A stretch of 64,000 nucleotides of DNA from Planctomycetota bacterium. Its GTDB lineage: Bacteria > Planctomycetota > UBA1135 > UBA2386. This document shows positions 54,533-64,000 of this stretch, piece by piece (the first letter of the stretch is position 1; each line of letters opens with the position of its first letter). The notes beneath the pieces were generated by a model. It had not been told where the DNA came from. It searched no databases and was given only the letters and a program-made list of their open reading frames with translations. The position numbers and the translations under genes were made by a program. The stretch covers positions 2,304,001-2,368,000 of the forward strand of contig OZ245006.1 in NCBI GenBank assembly GCA_965223545.1. The letters run 5' to 3'.

Positions 54533-55638
54533 CACCACCTCTTGGCGGTGAGCAGCACGACGTCCTCGCGCAAGCCGCCGTCCCCGGCATCACTCTCGAG
54601 CCCGCCGAGCACCAGGTTCATGAACGGCGCCGTGTGCTTGGGCGCGTGCTCGGCCACCAGGTCGACAAACCCATCCAGCCGCAGCGCGGCGTCGTTGGCG
54701 AGGGCGAGGCGCACGCCCTGCGCCACCGGCACGCTCACCGAGCGCAGCCCCTTCTCGAACACCGGCCCGGCGTCCAAGCCCAGGGCCAGCCCCTCGGCGT
54801 TGACCTCCTCGACTTGTCCCGCACGGCAGACCAACGCCGGCGCGCGAAAGCCGCACTGGTAGAGCTTGACCGCCTCGTCGCGCAGCTCGAGCAGACAGGC
54901 CGTGGCGCAGGCTCCCTTCGGCAGCTGCTTGTGCAACACGCGGTTGGTGTGGTGCAGCGCCTTGCGCGCCGCGGCGCCGGCGTTGAGCGCGCGAACGACC
55001 TCGTCGCGCGCCATCCGCGCCGCGGTGGCCGAGATCGCGCCGACGCCCTCGTTGCCGATCAAGAACAGCACGGTGAAGCCGTCGCCGGCGTGCCCGCCGT
55101 AGTACTCCACCCCGCCGCGCGTGCCCGGACTGAGCGCACCATCGACCTCGAAGCCCTCCTGCTCCGGCAGCTCCTCGGGCAGCGCGGCGTCGCGGAAACC
55201 GCGGACCTGCGGGTCCATGTTGACGCCGAGGCCGCCGCTCTGCTCGGCCTCGGCGGCGACCGCGGCGATGTCGGTCGCCAGATACTGCAGCGCCCGCCCC
55301 ACCTTGGTGACCTCGTCGTTGCCCGACACGCGCAACCGCACCTCGGAGCTGCCACGACCGATCTTGGCGATACCGAGACCGAGCTCGGTGAGTCGGCTGG
55401 CGATGGCCGCGCCCTGCACGTAGGCCACCGCGCCAACCACCAGACCCGCGAGCACGACGAACACCCCGCTCAACAGCCAAGCGCGCTGCACGAGGTCTTG
55501 GTCGGCCTGCCCCGGCCCGAGGGTGCGATTGACGATCAGCAGCGCGATCGCCGTGACCGCGATGCCGGCCAAGCCGCAGACCAACCCGAGCTTCAGCGCC
55601 AGCGCGCCCGATCCACTCCGCTTCGACCCGCGACTCAT
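54532..55638 (-). CDS. Membrane HAMP + SpoIIE/PP2C-like protein with degenerate catalytic motifs
   Basis: Two TMs, HAMP (GNDEVTKVGRAL), ALHHTNRVL, GLALGL, EDVVLL. Confidence 0.75.
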   Translation of the reverse strand: MSRGSKRSGSGALALKLGLVCGLAGIAVTAIALLIVNRTLGPGQADQDLVQRAWLLSGVFVVLAGLVVGAVAYVQGAAIASRLTELGLGIAKIGRGSSEVRLRVSGNDEVTKVGRALQYLATDIAAVAAEAEQSGGLGVNMDPQVRGFRDAALPEELPEQEGFEVDGALSPGTRGGVEYYGGHAGDGFTVLFLIGNEGVGAISATAARMARDEVVRALNAGAAARKALHHTNRVLHKQLPKGACATACLLELRDEAVKLYQCGFRAPALVCRAGQVEEVNAEGLALGLDAGPVFEKGLRSVSVPVAQGVRLALANDAALRLDGFVDLVAEHAPKHTAPFMNLVLGGLESDAGDGGLREDVVLLTAKRW

Positions 55639-55653
55639 TGTCCCAAAAGCCCT

Positions 55654-56217
55654 CTACGTCACGAACAGCAGCCGGCGCGCGCGCAGGACGTACTGTACGC
55701 CGGAGACCACGGTCAGCACCAGGGTCACCCAGAACGCGACCTCGGCGATGATGGTGAACTGGATCTCGCCGGCGACCACGGTGAGCAGCGCCCCCGCGGT
55801 CACGCACTGCGCCACCATCTTCCACTTGCCGACCTGCTCGGCGGGAAACGGCACTCCCATCGACTCGGACAGGCCGCGAATCGTGGTCACCAAGAACTCG
55901 CGCGCCAAGATCACCACGACGAACCAGGTCTCCAACACCGTCAGCGCCGCCTGGAACTTGAGCAGGATCACCAGGATGCCGCAGATCAGCACCTTGTCGG
56001 CGAACGGGTCGACAACGCGACCGAAGGCGGTCACCGCCTGCATCCGCCGCGCCAACCAACCGTCGACGTAGTCCGTCACGGCAGCGACCGTGAACAACCA
56101 GAACGCCCACCACACGGCAGTCGGGTCCGGCGCCGCCGGATCCACGAGCTCGAGCACCGTGAAGCAGGCGGCCGTGATCACGAGCCGCGAGACCGTAATG
56201 GTGTTGGGGAGATTCAC
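55654..56217 (-). CDS. pgsA: CDP-diacylglycerol--glycerol-3-phosphate 3-phosphatidyltransferase
   Basis: NLPNTIT, TDYVDGWLARR...FGRVVDPFADK, GKWKM. Confidence 0.93.
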   Translation of the reverse strand: MNLPNTITVSRLVITAACFTVLELVDPAAPDPTAVWWAFWLFTVAAVTDYVDGWLARRMQAVTAFGRVVDPFADKVLICGILVILLKFQAALTVLETWFVVVILAREFLVTTIRGLSESMGVPFPAEQVGKWKMVAQCVTAGALLTVVAGEIQFTIIAEVAFWVTLVLTVVSGVQYVLRARRLLFVT

Positions 56218-57575
56218 CGCACCGAGGGGGCCGAAACCCGGCCGACGAGGTCATAGTCATCGACCCCTTCGATCCGCGCAAGGACGAGGTCGCCGGCGCG
56301 CACGGCCTCGGTCGGCGGCAGCAACACGGCACAGTCCACCTCCGGCGCGTCGCGGTAGGTCCGCCCGACGAAGCCGTCCCGCTCGGGGTGTCGGCCGTCG
56401 ACCAAGACCTCCAACGACTGGCCCACGCAGGCCGCGTTGAGCTCGGCGATCACCTCGCGCTGCAGCCGCATCAAGATGTCGCGGCGCTCTTCGGCGACCT
56501 CCGCCGGCACCTCGCGGCCCAGGTCGAAAGCCGGCGTGCCCTCCTCCGCCGAGTAGGTGAACACGCCGAAGCGTTCGAAGCGGTACTCGCGCACGAGCTG
56601 CACGAGCTCCTCGAAATCGGCCTCCGTCTCGCCCGGAAATCCGACGATCGCCGTGCTGCGCACCGCGATGCCGGGGACCTCGTCGCGCAAGCGCCACAGG
56701 ATGTCGCGCACCTGCTGGGACGACACGCCGCGCTTCATGGCGCGCAGCATCGGCGTCGCCACGTGCTGGATCGGGATGTCGAGATAGGGCACCACCGCTG
56801 GGTGCTCGCGAATGACGGCCGTCAACGCGGGCAGCACCGTGTGCGGGTAGGCGTACATCAGCCGCACCCACCGCACCCCACGGACGTCCGCCAGTCGCTC
56901 CACCAGCTTGTGGATCGAGCGCTTGGCATCGACGTCCAAGCCGTAGGCGGTGCTGTCCTCGGCCACCAAGACCAGCTCGCGGACGCCGCGCACCACCAGC
57001 CGCTCGGCCTCCTCGACCAGCACGTCGATCGGCTTGCTGCGGTTGCGGCCGCGCATCGACGGGATCGCGCAGAACGTGCACTTGTGGTCGCAGCCCTCCG
57101 AGATCCGCAGATAGGCGTAGCTTTGCGGCGTCAGCACCACCCGACCGATGTCGCTGCGCGCGGTCTTCGCCGCGCCACCGTCGACGGTGGCGACGAACCG
57201 CCGCTCGCTGCCGTTGACGATCTTGCGCACCACCGACGGAACCCCCGAGTAGTCGGAGATGCCCATCACCGCGTCGACCTCGGGCAGCTCTCCGGCGAGC
57301 TCACCGGCGTAGCGCTGCGCCAGGCAGCCCACCGCGACCACCCCCTTCACCTGCCCCTGCTCCTTGAGGCGCACCGCCTCCAGGATGGTGTCGATCGATT
57401 CCTGCTTGGCCGCTTCGATGAAGCCGCAGGTGTTGACGACGACCACGTCGGCGTCGACTGGCTCGCGCACCACCTCGAGGCCGTCGCCCACCGCGTGGCC
57501 GAGCAGCACCTCGGAGTCGACCAGGTTGCGGGCGCAACCCAGGCTGATCACGGCGACGCGGACGGTGTCGACCAT
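56214..57575 (-). CDS. rimO: Ribosomal protein S12 methylthiotransferase
   Basis: SLGCARNLVDSE, NTCGFI, CDHKCTFC radical SAM motif, DAPEVD and TRAM domain. Confidence 0.95.
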   Translation of the reverse strand: MVDTVRVAVISLGCARNLVDSEVLLGHAVGDGLEVVREPVDADVVVVNTCGFIEAAKQESIDTILEAVRLKEQGQVKGVVAVGCLAQRYAGELAGELPEVDAVMGISDYSGVPSVVRKIVNGSERRFVATVDGGAAKTARSDIGRVVLTPQSYAYLRISEGCDHKCTFCAIPSMRGRNRSKPIDVLVEEAERLVVRGVRELVLVAEDSTAYGLDVDAKRSIHKLVERLADVRGVRWVRLMYAYPHTVLPALTAVIREHPAVVPYLDIPIQHVATPMLRAMKRGVSSQQVRDILWRLRDEVPGIAVRSTAIVGFPGETEADFEELVQLVREYRFERFGVFTYSAEEGTPAFDLGREVPAEVAEERRDILMRLQREVIAELNAACVGQSLEVLVDGRHPERDGFVGRTYRDAPEVDCAVLLPPTEAVRAGDLVLARIEGVDDYDLVGRVSAPSVR

Positions 57576-57599
57576 GGACGCCCGGGGGGCCCGGCTCTC

Positions 57600-58052
57600 T
57601 TAAGAGGGTTTGGCCTGGACGACCCAGACCTTGATGGTGGCATCGACGTCGGCGTGCAGGTGCACCACGACGTCGAAGACCCCGATCTCCTTGATCGGCG
57701 CGGCGATGCGCACCGCACGATCGTCGAGCTGGAAGCCCTTCTCGCGCAGCTCGGCGGCGATCTGCGGCGCCGTCACCGAGCCGAACAAGTGGCCGTCCTC
57801 GTTGGCGCGCCCCTCGATGGTCACCGAGGTTTGCGCGAGACGCTCGGCGAGCTCCTTCAGATCACCGATCCGGGCGCGTTCCTCGGCCATCGCCAAGGCC
57901 CGCTCCTTCTCGATCTGCTCGATGTTGGCCTTGGTCACCGGCACCGCGTAGCCGTACGGCAACAGGTAGTTGCGCGCATAGCCGGTGCGCACGGAGACGA
58001 CGTCGCCGATGCGCCCCAGCTTCTCGATACTCCTCTTCAGCAGGATCTCCAT
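57600..58052 (-). CDS. rplI: 50S ribosomal protein L9
   Basis: LGRIGDVVSVRTGYARNYLLP; GHLFGSVT. Confidence 0.97.
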   Translation of the reverse strand: MEILLKRSIEKLGRIGDVVSVRTGYARNYLLPYGYAVPVTKANIEQIEKERALAMAEERARIGDLKELAERLAQTSVTIEGRANEDGHLFGSVTAPQIAAELREKGFQLDDRAVRIAAPIKEIGVFDVVVHLHADVDATIKVWVVQAKPS

Positions 58053-58054
58053 GG

Positions 58055-58312
58055 TCAGCTCCTGCCGGCGATGTAGGGCAGCAAGCTCATGTGCCGCGCG
58101 CGCTTGATCGCCAGGGCGAGACGCCGCTGGTGCTGGCCGGAGAACCCGGTGCGCTTGCGCGAGTAGATCTTGCCCTGTGGAGTGACGAACTTGCCGAGGT
58201 ACTCGACGTTCTTGTAGTCGAGCGGCTCCTCGGGGACGGCCGACTTGCGCGGGCGACCGAAGCGGCCGAACTTGCCGCCACCGCGGCGGCCTCGGGAATC
58301 ACCGTTCTTCAT
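58055..58312 (-). CDS. rpsR: 30S ribosomal protein S18 (no Zn-ligand cysteines)
   Basis: LDYKNV...[10 protein letters not shown]...[19 protein letters not shown]. Confidence 0.96.
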   Translation of the reverse strand: MKNGDSRGRRGGGKFGRFGRPRKSAVPEEPLDYKNVEYLGKFVTPQGKIYSRKRTGFSGQHQRRLALAIKRARHMSLLPYIAGRS

Positions 58313-58905
58313 GACTTCTCCTCGCTGCTCTCCGCGGTCTCCGCCGAGGCTTCGGCAGCGGCGGCCTCACCGGCGCCCGCCTCCGCGTTGGTGGAGGCCT
58401 CGCCCTCGGCGGGAGCCTCGGTCTCGGCAGGCGCCTCGCCCTCGGCGGGCGCGTCACCGCTCTCCTTGGCTTCGCCCTTGGCCTCGGCCTTGGCTTCGCC
58501 CTTGGCCTCCGGCTCGGCGTTGCTCTCGTCGGACGCCTCGGCCTCGGCAGCCTCCTCGCCCGGCTCGGGAATCGCGCTGACGTCGACCTCGGCCTCCGGC
58601 TCGTAGGCCTCGGCCGGGATCTCCTCACAGGTCGAGATCATGTAGCGCAGCACGGTCTCGCTCAGCTCGAGCTCACGCCGCAGCGGCGTGTTCCGCTCGG
58701 GGTCGCCCTTGTAGTAGACCAGCAGGTAGGTGCCGCGGATCTGGCCCTTGATCGGATAGGCCAGCCGGCGCTCGGACCAGTGCCGCGCGCTGAGGATCTC
58801 CGCGTCGCACTTCTCGAACAGACCGGTCACCGCTTGCTTGAGCGGTTCCCAGCCCTGCTTCACCTCCCGGTTGTCCAGGAGGACCATGCACTCGTAGGTA
58901 TTCAA
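58309..58905 (-). CDS. rpsF: 30S ribosomal protein S6 with long acidic tail
   Basis: TTG start overlapping the pth stop; YECMVLLD...RRLAYPIK...VLRYM; Glu/Ala-rich tail. Confidence 0.93.
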   Translation of the reverse strand: MNTYECMVLLDNREVKQGWEPLKQAVTGLFEKCDAEILSARHWSERRLAYPIKGQIRGTYLLVYYKGDPERNTPLRRELELSETVLRYMISTCEEIPAEAYEPEAEVDVSAIPEPGEEAAEAEASDESNAEPEAKGEAKAEAKGEAKESGDAPAEGEAPAETEAPAEGEASTNAEAGAGEAAAAEASAETAESSEEKS

Positions 58906-59522
58906 GATTCTTGGCTCGGTGCTTGGCCGTTGTAACGGCACATCAAGTCTTCGACGGGCGCGCCTCCGAGCCACTCGAGCACGGCGTCGGCGGCGCGATC
59001 CAGAACGGGACCCAGGACCTCCCGTTCGTCGGAATCAAACGCGCCGAGCACGTGGCCCACCATGGCGGCGCCACTCGCGTGCCCGATGCCGAGACGGAGA
59101 CGGGGGAACTCGGCGGTGGCCAGCGCGTCCTGAATCGAGGTCAGGCCGTTGTGGCCACCCGCACTCCCCGCCGGCCGGATGCGCATCCGGCCCAGCGGCA
59201 GGTTCAGGTCATCGACAACAACAAAGAGCGAGGTGGCCGGCAACTCGGCGATCCGCAACAGCGGGCCGGCGACCTGACCGGACAGGTTGACGTAGGTGAG
59301 CGGCTTGACCAGGGCGAACGGGTCGTCCGGGCCATCCCCCGCGAGCGCGATCTGCGCCTTGACCTTGCCGCTGAACCCGTAGTCCCGGCGGTTGAGTCGG
59401 GCGAACTGCAGACCCCGTCGCTCCGCCACCCGATCCATCACCATGAAGCCGACGTTGTGGCGAGTCTCGACGTACTCGGCACCGGGATTGCCGATGCCCA
59501 GCGCCACGCGCGTCCACTGCAT
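58902..59522 (-). CDS. pth: Peptidyl-tRNA hydrolase
   Basis: GIGNPG...TRHNVGF, KPLTYVNLSG, GSAGGHNGL, RLRLGIG. Confidence 0.97.
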   Translation of the reverse strand: MQWTRVALGIGNPGAEYVETRHNVGFMVMDRVAERRGLQFARLNRRDYGFSGKVKAQIALAGDGPDDPFALVKPLTYVNLSGQVAGPLLRIAELPATSLFVVVDDLNLPLGRMRIRPAGSAGGHNGLTSIQDALATAEFPRLRLGIGHASGAAMVGHVLGAFDSDEREVLGPVLDRAADAVLEWLGGAPVEDLMCRYNGQAPSQES

Positions 59523-59650
59523 GGGATCGAACGGCGGAAAAGGGGGCGGCGAACTCTAGCCATCCGCGCCGGCTGTCGCCAGGGGCTGGCGACAAAACAG
59601 GGGCTCGGGCGGAAACCCGTCCACGCCCCGCCCGGCCGGCTCGCGGCCGG

Positions 59651-60292
59651 TCAGCTCGACGGGCTGTCGCCGCCGCCGTCGCCCTCGCCAGAGCCCTCGG
59701 CAGGGGCGCCCTCGCCCTCCGCTGGAGCCTCTTCCTCGACCAAGGCGGTCTCGTCACCGGTCATGTGGCAGACGACCGCATCGTCGGGAACCCGCAGGGT
59801 GACCCCCGACGGCAGCTCGACTTCGCTGGCGAGGATCTTCTCGGCGAGGTCCAGCTCGGAGACCTTGATCTCGATCGTCTCGGGCATCGACGCGGGCAGA
59901 CAGGCGATCGGCAGCGCGTTCATGTCGCGGATCAACCGCCCACCCTTGCCGGCACCCACGGGGTGGCCGAGGTAGGTCAGCTCGACATCGATGTCGATCG
60001 GCTTGTTCAGGTCGATGCGCTGGAAGTCGGCGTGCAGCGGGCGATCGGTCAGGCAGTCCCACTGGACCTCCTTGAGGAAGATCGCCTGCTCCTTGCCGTC
60101 CATCGCCAACCGAAAGACGCGGTGGTGGTTGCGAATGCGGCCCATCAGCTCGCGCTCGTCGACGCTCAGCGACAGGCTGTCCCCGCCACCGCCGTAGAGG
60201 ATGGCCGGCACGCGCCCGGCCTCGCGCAGGCGCGCGACCTGCGCGCTGCCACGCTCGGAGCGGGGGGCGACATCGATCTTCGTGACTTCCAT
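59651..60292 (-). CDS. rplY: 50S ribosomal protein L25/Ctc
   Basis: LREAGRVPAILYG...KEVQWD...HADF, with C-terminal domain. Confidence 0.95.
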   Translation of the reverse strand: MEVTKIDVAPRSERGSAQVARLREAGRVPAILYGGGGDSLSLSVDERELMGRIRNHHRVFRLAMDGKEQAIFLKEVQWDCLTDRPLHADFQRIDLNKPIDIDVELTYLGHPVGAGKGGRLIRDMNALPIACLPASMPETIEIKVSELDLAEKILASEVELPSGVTLRVPDDAVVCHMTGDETALVEEEAPAEGEGAPAEGSGEGDGGGDSPSS

Positions 60293-60334
60293 GACAGTGC
60301 TACTCGGCGAAACGGTGTTTCTCGGATGTGAAGG

Positions 60335-61297
60335 CTACTTGTCCAAGCGCTCGGAACGGCCATCGAACAACACGCTCACCGACTCGCTGCGGTGGATGCG
60401 GTCGATCGCGCGGGCCAACAACGGCGCCACCGAGGCCACGGTGAGCCGCTCCAACGGATGCTGATCGAGGGGGATCGTGTCGCTGAAGATGATGCGCTCC
60501 ACCGGCGCACTGTTCAGCTTCTCGACGGCACTGCCGGCGAGCACCGCGTGGCTGGCTGCGATGAACACGCGCCGCGCCCCCTTCTCGACGACGATGCGCG
60601 CGGCGTCGGTGATCGACCCGCCGGTGCTGACCATGTCGTCGACCATCAGGACGTCGCGGCCGGACACGTCACCGACGACGTGCTCGATGACCGTGGTGTC
60701 GCCGGTGATCCGCCGCTTGTCGACGATGGCGATCTCCGCCGACAGCGACTTGGCGTAGGCGCGCACCAGCTTGACGCCACCGACGTCCGGCGAGACGACG
60801 ATCGGGTGATCGAGCTCGAGCTGCGCGACCGCCTGCATGATGCAGGGACGCGCGTAGAGGTGATCGACGGGGATGTCGAAGAAGCCCTGGATCTGCGCCG
60901 CGTGCAAGTCGATCGCCAGCACGCGGTCGGCGCCGGCCTTGGTGATCAAGTTGGCGACCAGCTTGGCGGTGATCGGCGTGCGCCCCTCGTCCTTGCGATC
61001 CTTGCGCGCATAGCCGAAGTACGGAATCACCGCGGTGATGCGGTCGGCCGACGCCCGTCGCAGACAATCGATGAAGGTGAGCAGCTCGAACAGGTTCTCG
61101 TGTACCGGCGGACACGTCGACTGGACGACGAACACGTCGGCGCCACGCACGTCGCACTCGACCTTGAGGTTGATCTCGCCGTCCGGAAAGCGCGCCAGAG
61201 TGGCCTCGCCCTGCGGCACGCCCAGGTGAGCGCAGATGTCCGCGGCGAGCTTGGGGTGGGCGTTGCCAGTGAAGATCCGCAGCCGATCCTTGGTCAT
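60335..61297 (-). CDS. prs: Ribose-phosphate pyrophosphokinase
   Basis: FPDGE, PYFGYARKDRK, DLHAAQIQGFF, SPDVGG, VDDMVSTGGS. Confidence 0.97.
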   Translation of the reverse strand: MTKDRLRIFTGNAHPKLAADICAHLGVPQGEATLARFPDGEINLKVECDVRGADVFVVQSTCPPVHENLFELLTFIDCLRRASADRITAVIPYFGYARKDRKDEGRTPITAKLVANLITKAGADRVLAIDLHAAQIQGFFDIPVDHLYARPCIMQAVAQLELDHPIVVSPDVGGVKLVRAYAKSLSAEIAIVDKRRITGDTTVIEHVVGDVSGRDVLMVDDMVSTGGSITDAARIVVEKGARRVFIAASHAVLAGSAVEKLNSAPVERIIFSDTIPLDQHPLERLTVASVAPLLARAIDRIHRSESVSVLFDGRSERLDK

Positions 61298-62565
61298 CGC
61301 TGCCCGTCCTTGCTCTTGGTCAGTCGCCGCGCCGGCACGCCGATGACGACCTCGCCGTCGCCGACCTCGGTATTGCGCGTCACCACCGCACCGGCCCCGG
61401 TCATCGCGCCGTTGCCGATCACCGCCGGTGCCACGACGACGGTGCCGCTGCCGAGAAACGCGCGGTCGCCGATCGTGGTCTTGTGTTTTCGCACGCCGTC
61501 GTAGTTCGCGGTGATCGTGCCGGCGCCGATGTTGGCCGCGGTGCCGATCGTCGTGTCACCGAGATAGGTCAGGTGCTTGGCCTTGCTCCGCGGGCCGAGC
61601 ACGCTGTTCTTCATCTCGACGAAGTTGCCGATCTGCGCGCCGTCCTCGAGCACCGCGCCGGTGCGCAGATGGCTGAAGGGGCCGACCTCGCACCCCTCGC
61701 CGATGCGCACGCCACTGTGGATCACCGTGCACGGCAACACGCGCGTGCCGCGGCCGATGCGCACGTCGTGCTCGATGTAGGTCGTGGTCGGATCGTCGAT
61801 CAGCACGCCGCGGCTCAGGTGCTCGAGCAGGATCCGCGCCTGCATGATGTTGCGCGCCACCGCCAGCTCGGCGAGCGAGTTGACCGCCTGGGTCTCCTCG
61901 ACGTCCTCGGTCAAGAGCGCGCGCACGGCTTCGCCCTGGCCGAGGAAATCGGCGATGGTGTCGGTCAGGTAGTACTCGCCCTGCGCGTTGCCGCGCTCGA
62001 GTTTGGCGAGCGCCGCCGGCAAGCGCGCCGCGTCGAAGCAGTAGAAGCCCGAGTTGACCTCATCCACCACGCGCTCTTCGTCGCTGCAGTCGCGCTCCTC
62101 GCGGATCGCGCGGACCTCGCCATCATCGCCGCGCAGCACGCGGCCGAGGCCGGTGGGATCGGCCGGCCGGTGGGTCAACAGCGACATGGCCGCCCCGCCG
62201 CGCGCCGCGATCAGCGCGCGCAGGGTCTCGGCGGTGATCAGCGCGCCATCGCCGTAGAGCAGCAGCACGTCGCCGTCGAAGCCTTCCAGCGCGCGCATCG
62301 CCACTTGGGCGGCGTGGCCGGTGCCGAGCGGTTCGCCCTGATCGACGAAGCACAGATCGTCGCGCGCGGGCACGCTGTCGACGACCTTGTCCTTGCCGTG
62401 GTGGACGACCACGACCGTCTTCACCGGCGCCAGGGTGGCAGTGGTGTCCAGCACGGTCTGCAACAACGTGCGGCCGCACAGCGGCAGCAGCACCTTGGGC
62501 AAATCGACCTTGGTGCGGCTGCCGAGACCGGCGGCGAGGATCACGACGGCGAGCGGACGAGTCAT
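61294..62565 (-). CDS. glmU: Bifunctional UDP-GlcNAc pyrophosphorylase/acetyltransferase
   Basis: ILAAGLGSR, PKVL, LGTGHA, NAQGEYYLTD, GNFVEMK, HLTYLGD, NYDG. Confidence 0.95.
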   Translation of the reverse strand: MTRPLAVVILAAGLGSRTKVDLPKVLLPLCGRTLLQTVLDTTATLAPVKTVVVVHHGKDKVVDSVPARDDLCFVDQGEPLGTGHAAQVAMRALEGFDGDVLLLYGDGALITAETLRALIAARGGAAMSLLTHRPADPTGLGRVLRGDDGEVRAIREERDCSDEERVVDEVNSGFYCFDAARLPAALAKLERGNAQGEYYLTDTIADFLGQGEAVRALLTEDVEETQAVNSLAELAVARNIMQARILLEHLSRGVLIDDPTTTYIEHDVRIGRGTRVLPCTVIHSGVRIGEGCEVGPFSHLRTGAVLEDGAQIGNFVEMKNSVLGPRSKAKHLTYLGDTTIGTAANIGAGTITANYDGVRKHKTTIGDRAFLGSGTVVVAPAVIGNGAMTGAGAVVTRNTEVGDGEVVIGVPARRLTKSKDGQR

Positions 62566-62731
62566 GGCGGGGCCAGAGCGGATGCGGCCCGAAAAACGGG
62601 GCGGGGATTGTGGGAACGCCGGTGGCCCGGGTCAAGTCCGGGCTGCCCGTGAGCCGGCGCCTCCTCCGCAGGTGACCACTCCGCGCGCGGTGGTCAAGGG
62701 ACCCCCGACCGGTGGTCGAGAAAACGACCGG

Positions 62732-64000
62732 ATGGGCTACATCCTGTTCGCCGCACCCGGCCTCCGGCGACTGCACCTGCACCAACTGCTGGCGCGCGCG
62801 CTCGTCTCGCGCGGCCACCGGGTGGCGGTGCTGTCGCCGGACCGGCCGGAGCTCGAGACCTACGGCGCCCAGGGACTGGCCACCGAGCGGCTGATGGAGG
62901 GCAAACCCCGAACCGGCCACGCCCCGCTCGAGGAGTTCGCCGCCCGCGACCAGCTGCTGGGCCCGGCCTGCGCGCGGCCGCGCCGCGCGGCCGAGTACGC
63001 CCGCGTGCTGGGCGGCGTCACGGAGCTGTTCGAGCGCGACCGCCCCGACTTCGTCATGCTGCACCAGGAGCGCAGCGGCCTGCACCAGCTGCTGCACTTC
63101 GCCGCGCGCGAGTTCGGCTGCCCCATCCTGCACACCGGCGACGGCATGCTGCCCGGAACCATGCAGTGGGACGGGGAGGGAATCGACGGCGACGCCGCGG
63201 TCTGCCGCCGGTCGCGGCGCGAGGCGCTGCGGGCGGCGGCCGACGAGGTGCTGCTGCGCGCCGCGCTGGCCGGCTGGCTGGCGCGCAGCCTGCCGCCGCC
63301 GCTGGCCCGCGACCCCGTTTGCCGCCCCTCGCTGGCCGCCCGCGCCCGGGCGGCGCTGCGCATGGCGGTGCCACTGCGCGGGCGCGAGGCGTGGCGTTGC
63401 CTGCGCGGTTGGCGCCGCGCCCTGCCGGTCGCGCCCCCCACCCCGCGGGTGGCGCCGATCCCCCCACCACCGTTCCTCGCCGTCCTGCTGCAGGCTCCCG
63501 ACGACGTCCGCCTCCTGCTCGACGCCGGCCCGGACGCCAACTCGATCCGGCTGGCGGTCCATACGGCCGAGGTGGCCCGCCGCATCGATCCCCAGCTCCG
63601 GGTCGTCGCGGTGCTGCCCGACCGCGGCATGCCCGCCGCCGCCGAAGCCGCCCTCCAGCACGCCGGCATCCTGCCGGTACCGGCCGGCGTCGGCCCCGAG
63701 GTCATCCTCACCGCGATCGCCACGGTGACGATCAACCACCCGGCCGCCGTCGGCGCTCTCCTCGCCGGCACGCCGGTGCTGCACACCGGCCGCGCCCCCT
63801 GGGCTTTCATCGCCCGCCGCACTTCGATCGACCTCTTGGCTGCCGACCTCGCCGAGGAGCTGGAGGTCGACCGCGAAGCGGAAGGCCAGCGCTTTCTGAC
63901 CGGCTACCTCGGCATCGACCACGTTTGGTGCGCGGCCGACCACCCCGACCACAACGGCCTCAACGGCCTGATCGCCGGCATCGAGGGCGGCTTGCGCGCC
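62732..64000 (+). CDS. Capsule polysaccharide biosynthesis/export (KpsS-like, GT-B fold) protein; runs off the window
   Basis: Manual translation from ATG 62732: MGYILFAAPG...LARALVSRGHRV...GDGMLPGTMQWDGEGIDG...TVTINHPAAVGALLAGTPVLHTGRAPW. Confidence 0.6.
   Translation, partial: MGYILFAAPGLRRLHLHQLLARALVSRGHRVAVLSPDRPELETYGAQGLATERLMEGKPRTGHAPLEEFAARDQLLGPACARPRRAAEYARVLGGVTELFERDRPDFVMLHQERSGLHQLLHFAAREFGCPILHTGDGMLPGTMQWDGEGIDGDAAVCRRSRREALRAAADEVLLRAALAGWLARSLPPPLARDPVCRPSLAARARAALRMAVPLRGREAWRCLRGWRRALPVAPPTPRVAPIPPPPFLAVLLQAPDDVRLLLDAGPDANSIRLAVHTAEVARRIDPQLRVVAVLPDRGMPAAAEAALQHAGILPVPAGVGPEVILTAIATVTINHPAAVGALLAGTPVLHTGRAPWAFIARRTSIDLLAADLAEELEVDREAEGQRFLTGYLGIDHVWCAADHPDHNGLNGLIAGIEGGLRA

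Noticed and set aside
59560..59650. Hairpins between rplY and pth as an ncRNA
   Set aside because: Short GC-rich stems compatible with a terminator or processing site; no recognisable RNA family.
50258..63952. Long antisense and alternative-frame ORFs (e.g. 54091-56256, 56388-58076, 62123-63952)
   Set aside because: Arg/Ala/Pro-rich shadow ORFs expected in high-GC coding DNA, overlapping well-supported genes.

Overview
High-GC bacterial DNA, most consistent with a Planctomycetota genome. This is inferred from the ECF sigma/Ser-Thr kinase pairs, the integrase N-terminus type and the many short-signal-peptide secreted proteins. There are three zones. (1) 1-33.9 kb is an accessory region: secreted beta-helix/beta-propeller proteins sharing a C-terminal domain, two ECF-kinase pairs, a sulfatase, an ECF42-type/YciI pair, a pilin-like gene and duplicated gene debris. 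It also holds a tRNA-like cloverleaf with a 6-nt anticodon loop directly upstream of a ~773-codon frame broken by one TAG. (2) 34.0-48.9 kb is a lower-GC island integrated at tRNA-Pro(GGG) with a 45-bp att duplication and a truncated integrase. It carries a pore-forming-like protein + phospholipase D operon, an intact IS66, an EEP nuclease split by IS256 and an Mrr-like nuclease-TM-TPR protein. A second integrase stub left of the att copy suggests tandem island accretion. (3) 49-64 kb is core genome: priA, MCP, nif3, mazG-like, degenerate SpoIIE, pgsA, rimO, rplI, rpsR, rpsF, pth, rplY, prs, glmU and a KpsS-like gene. All family calls come from motif recognition by eye; no searches were run.
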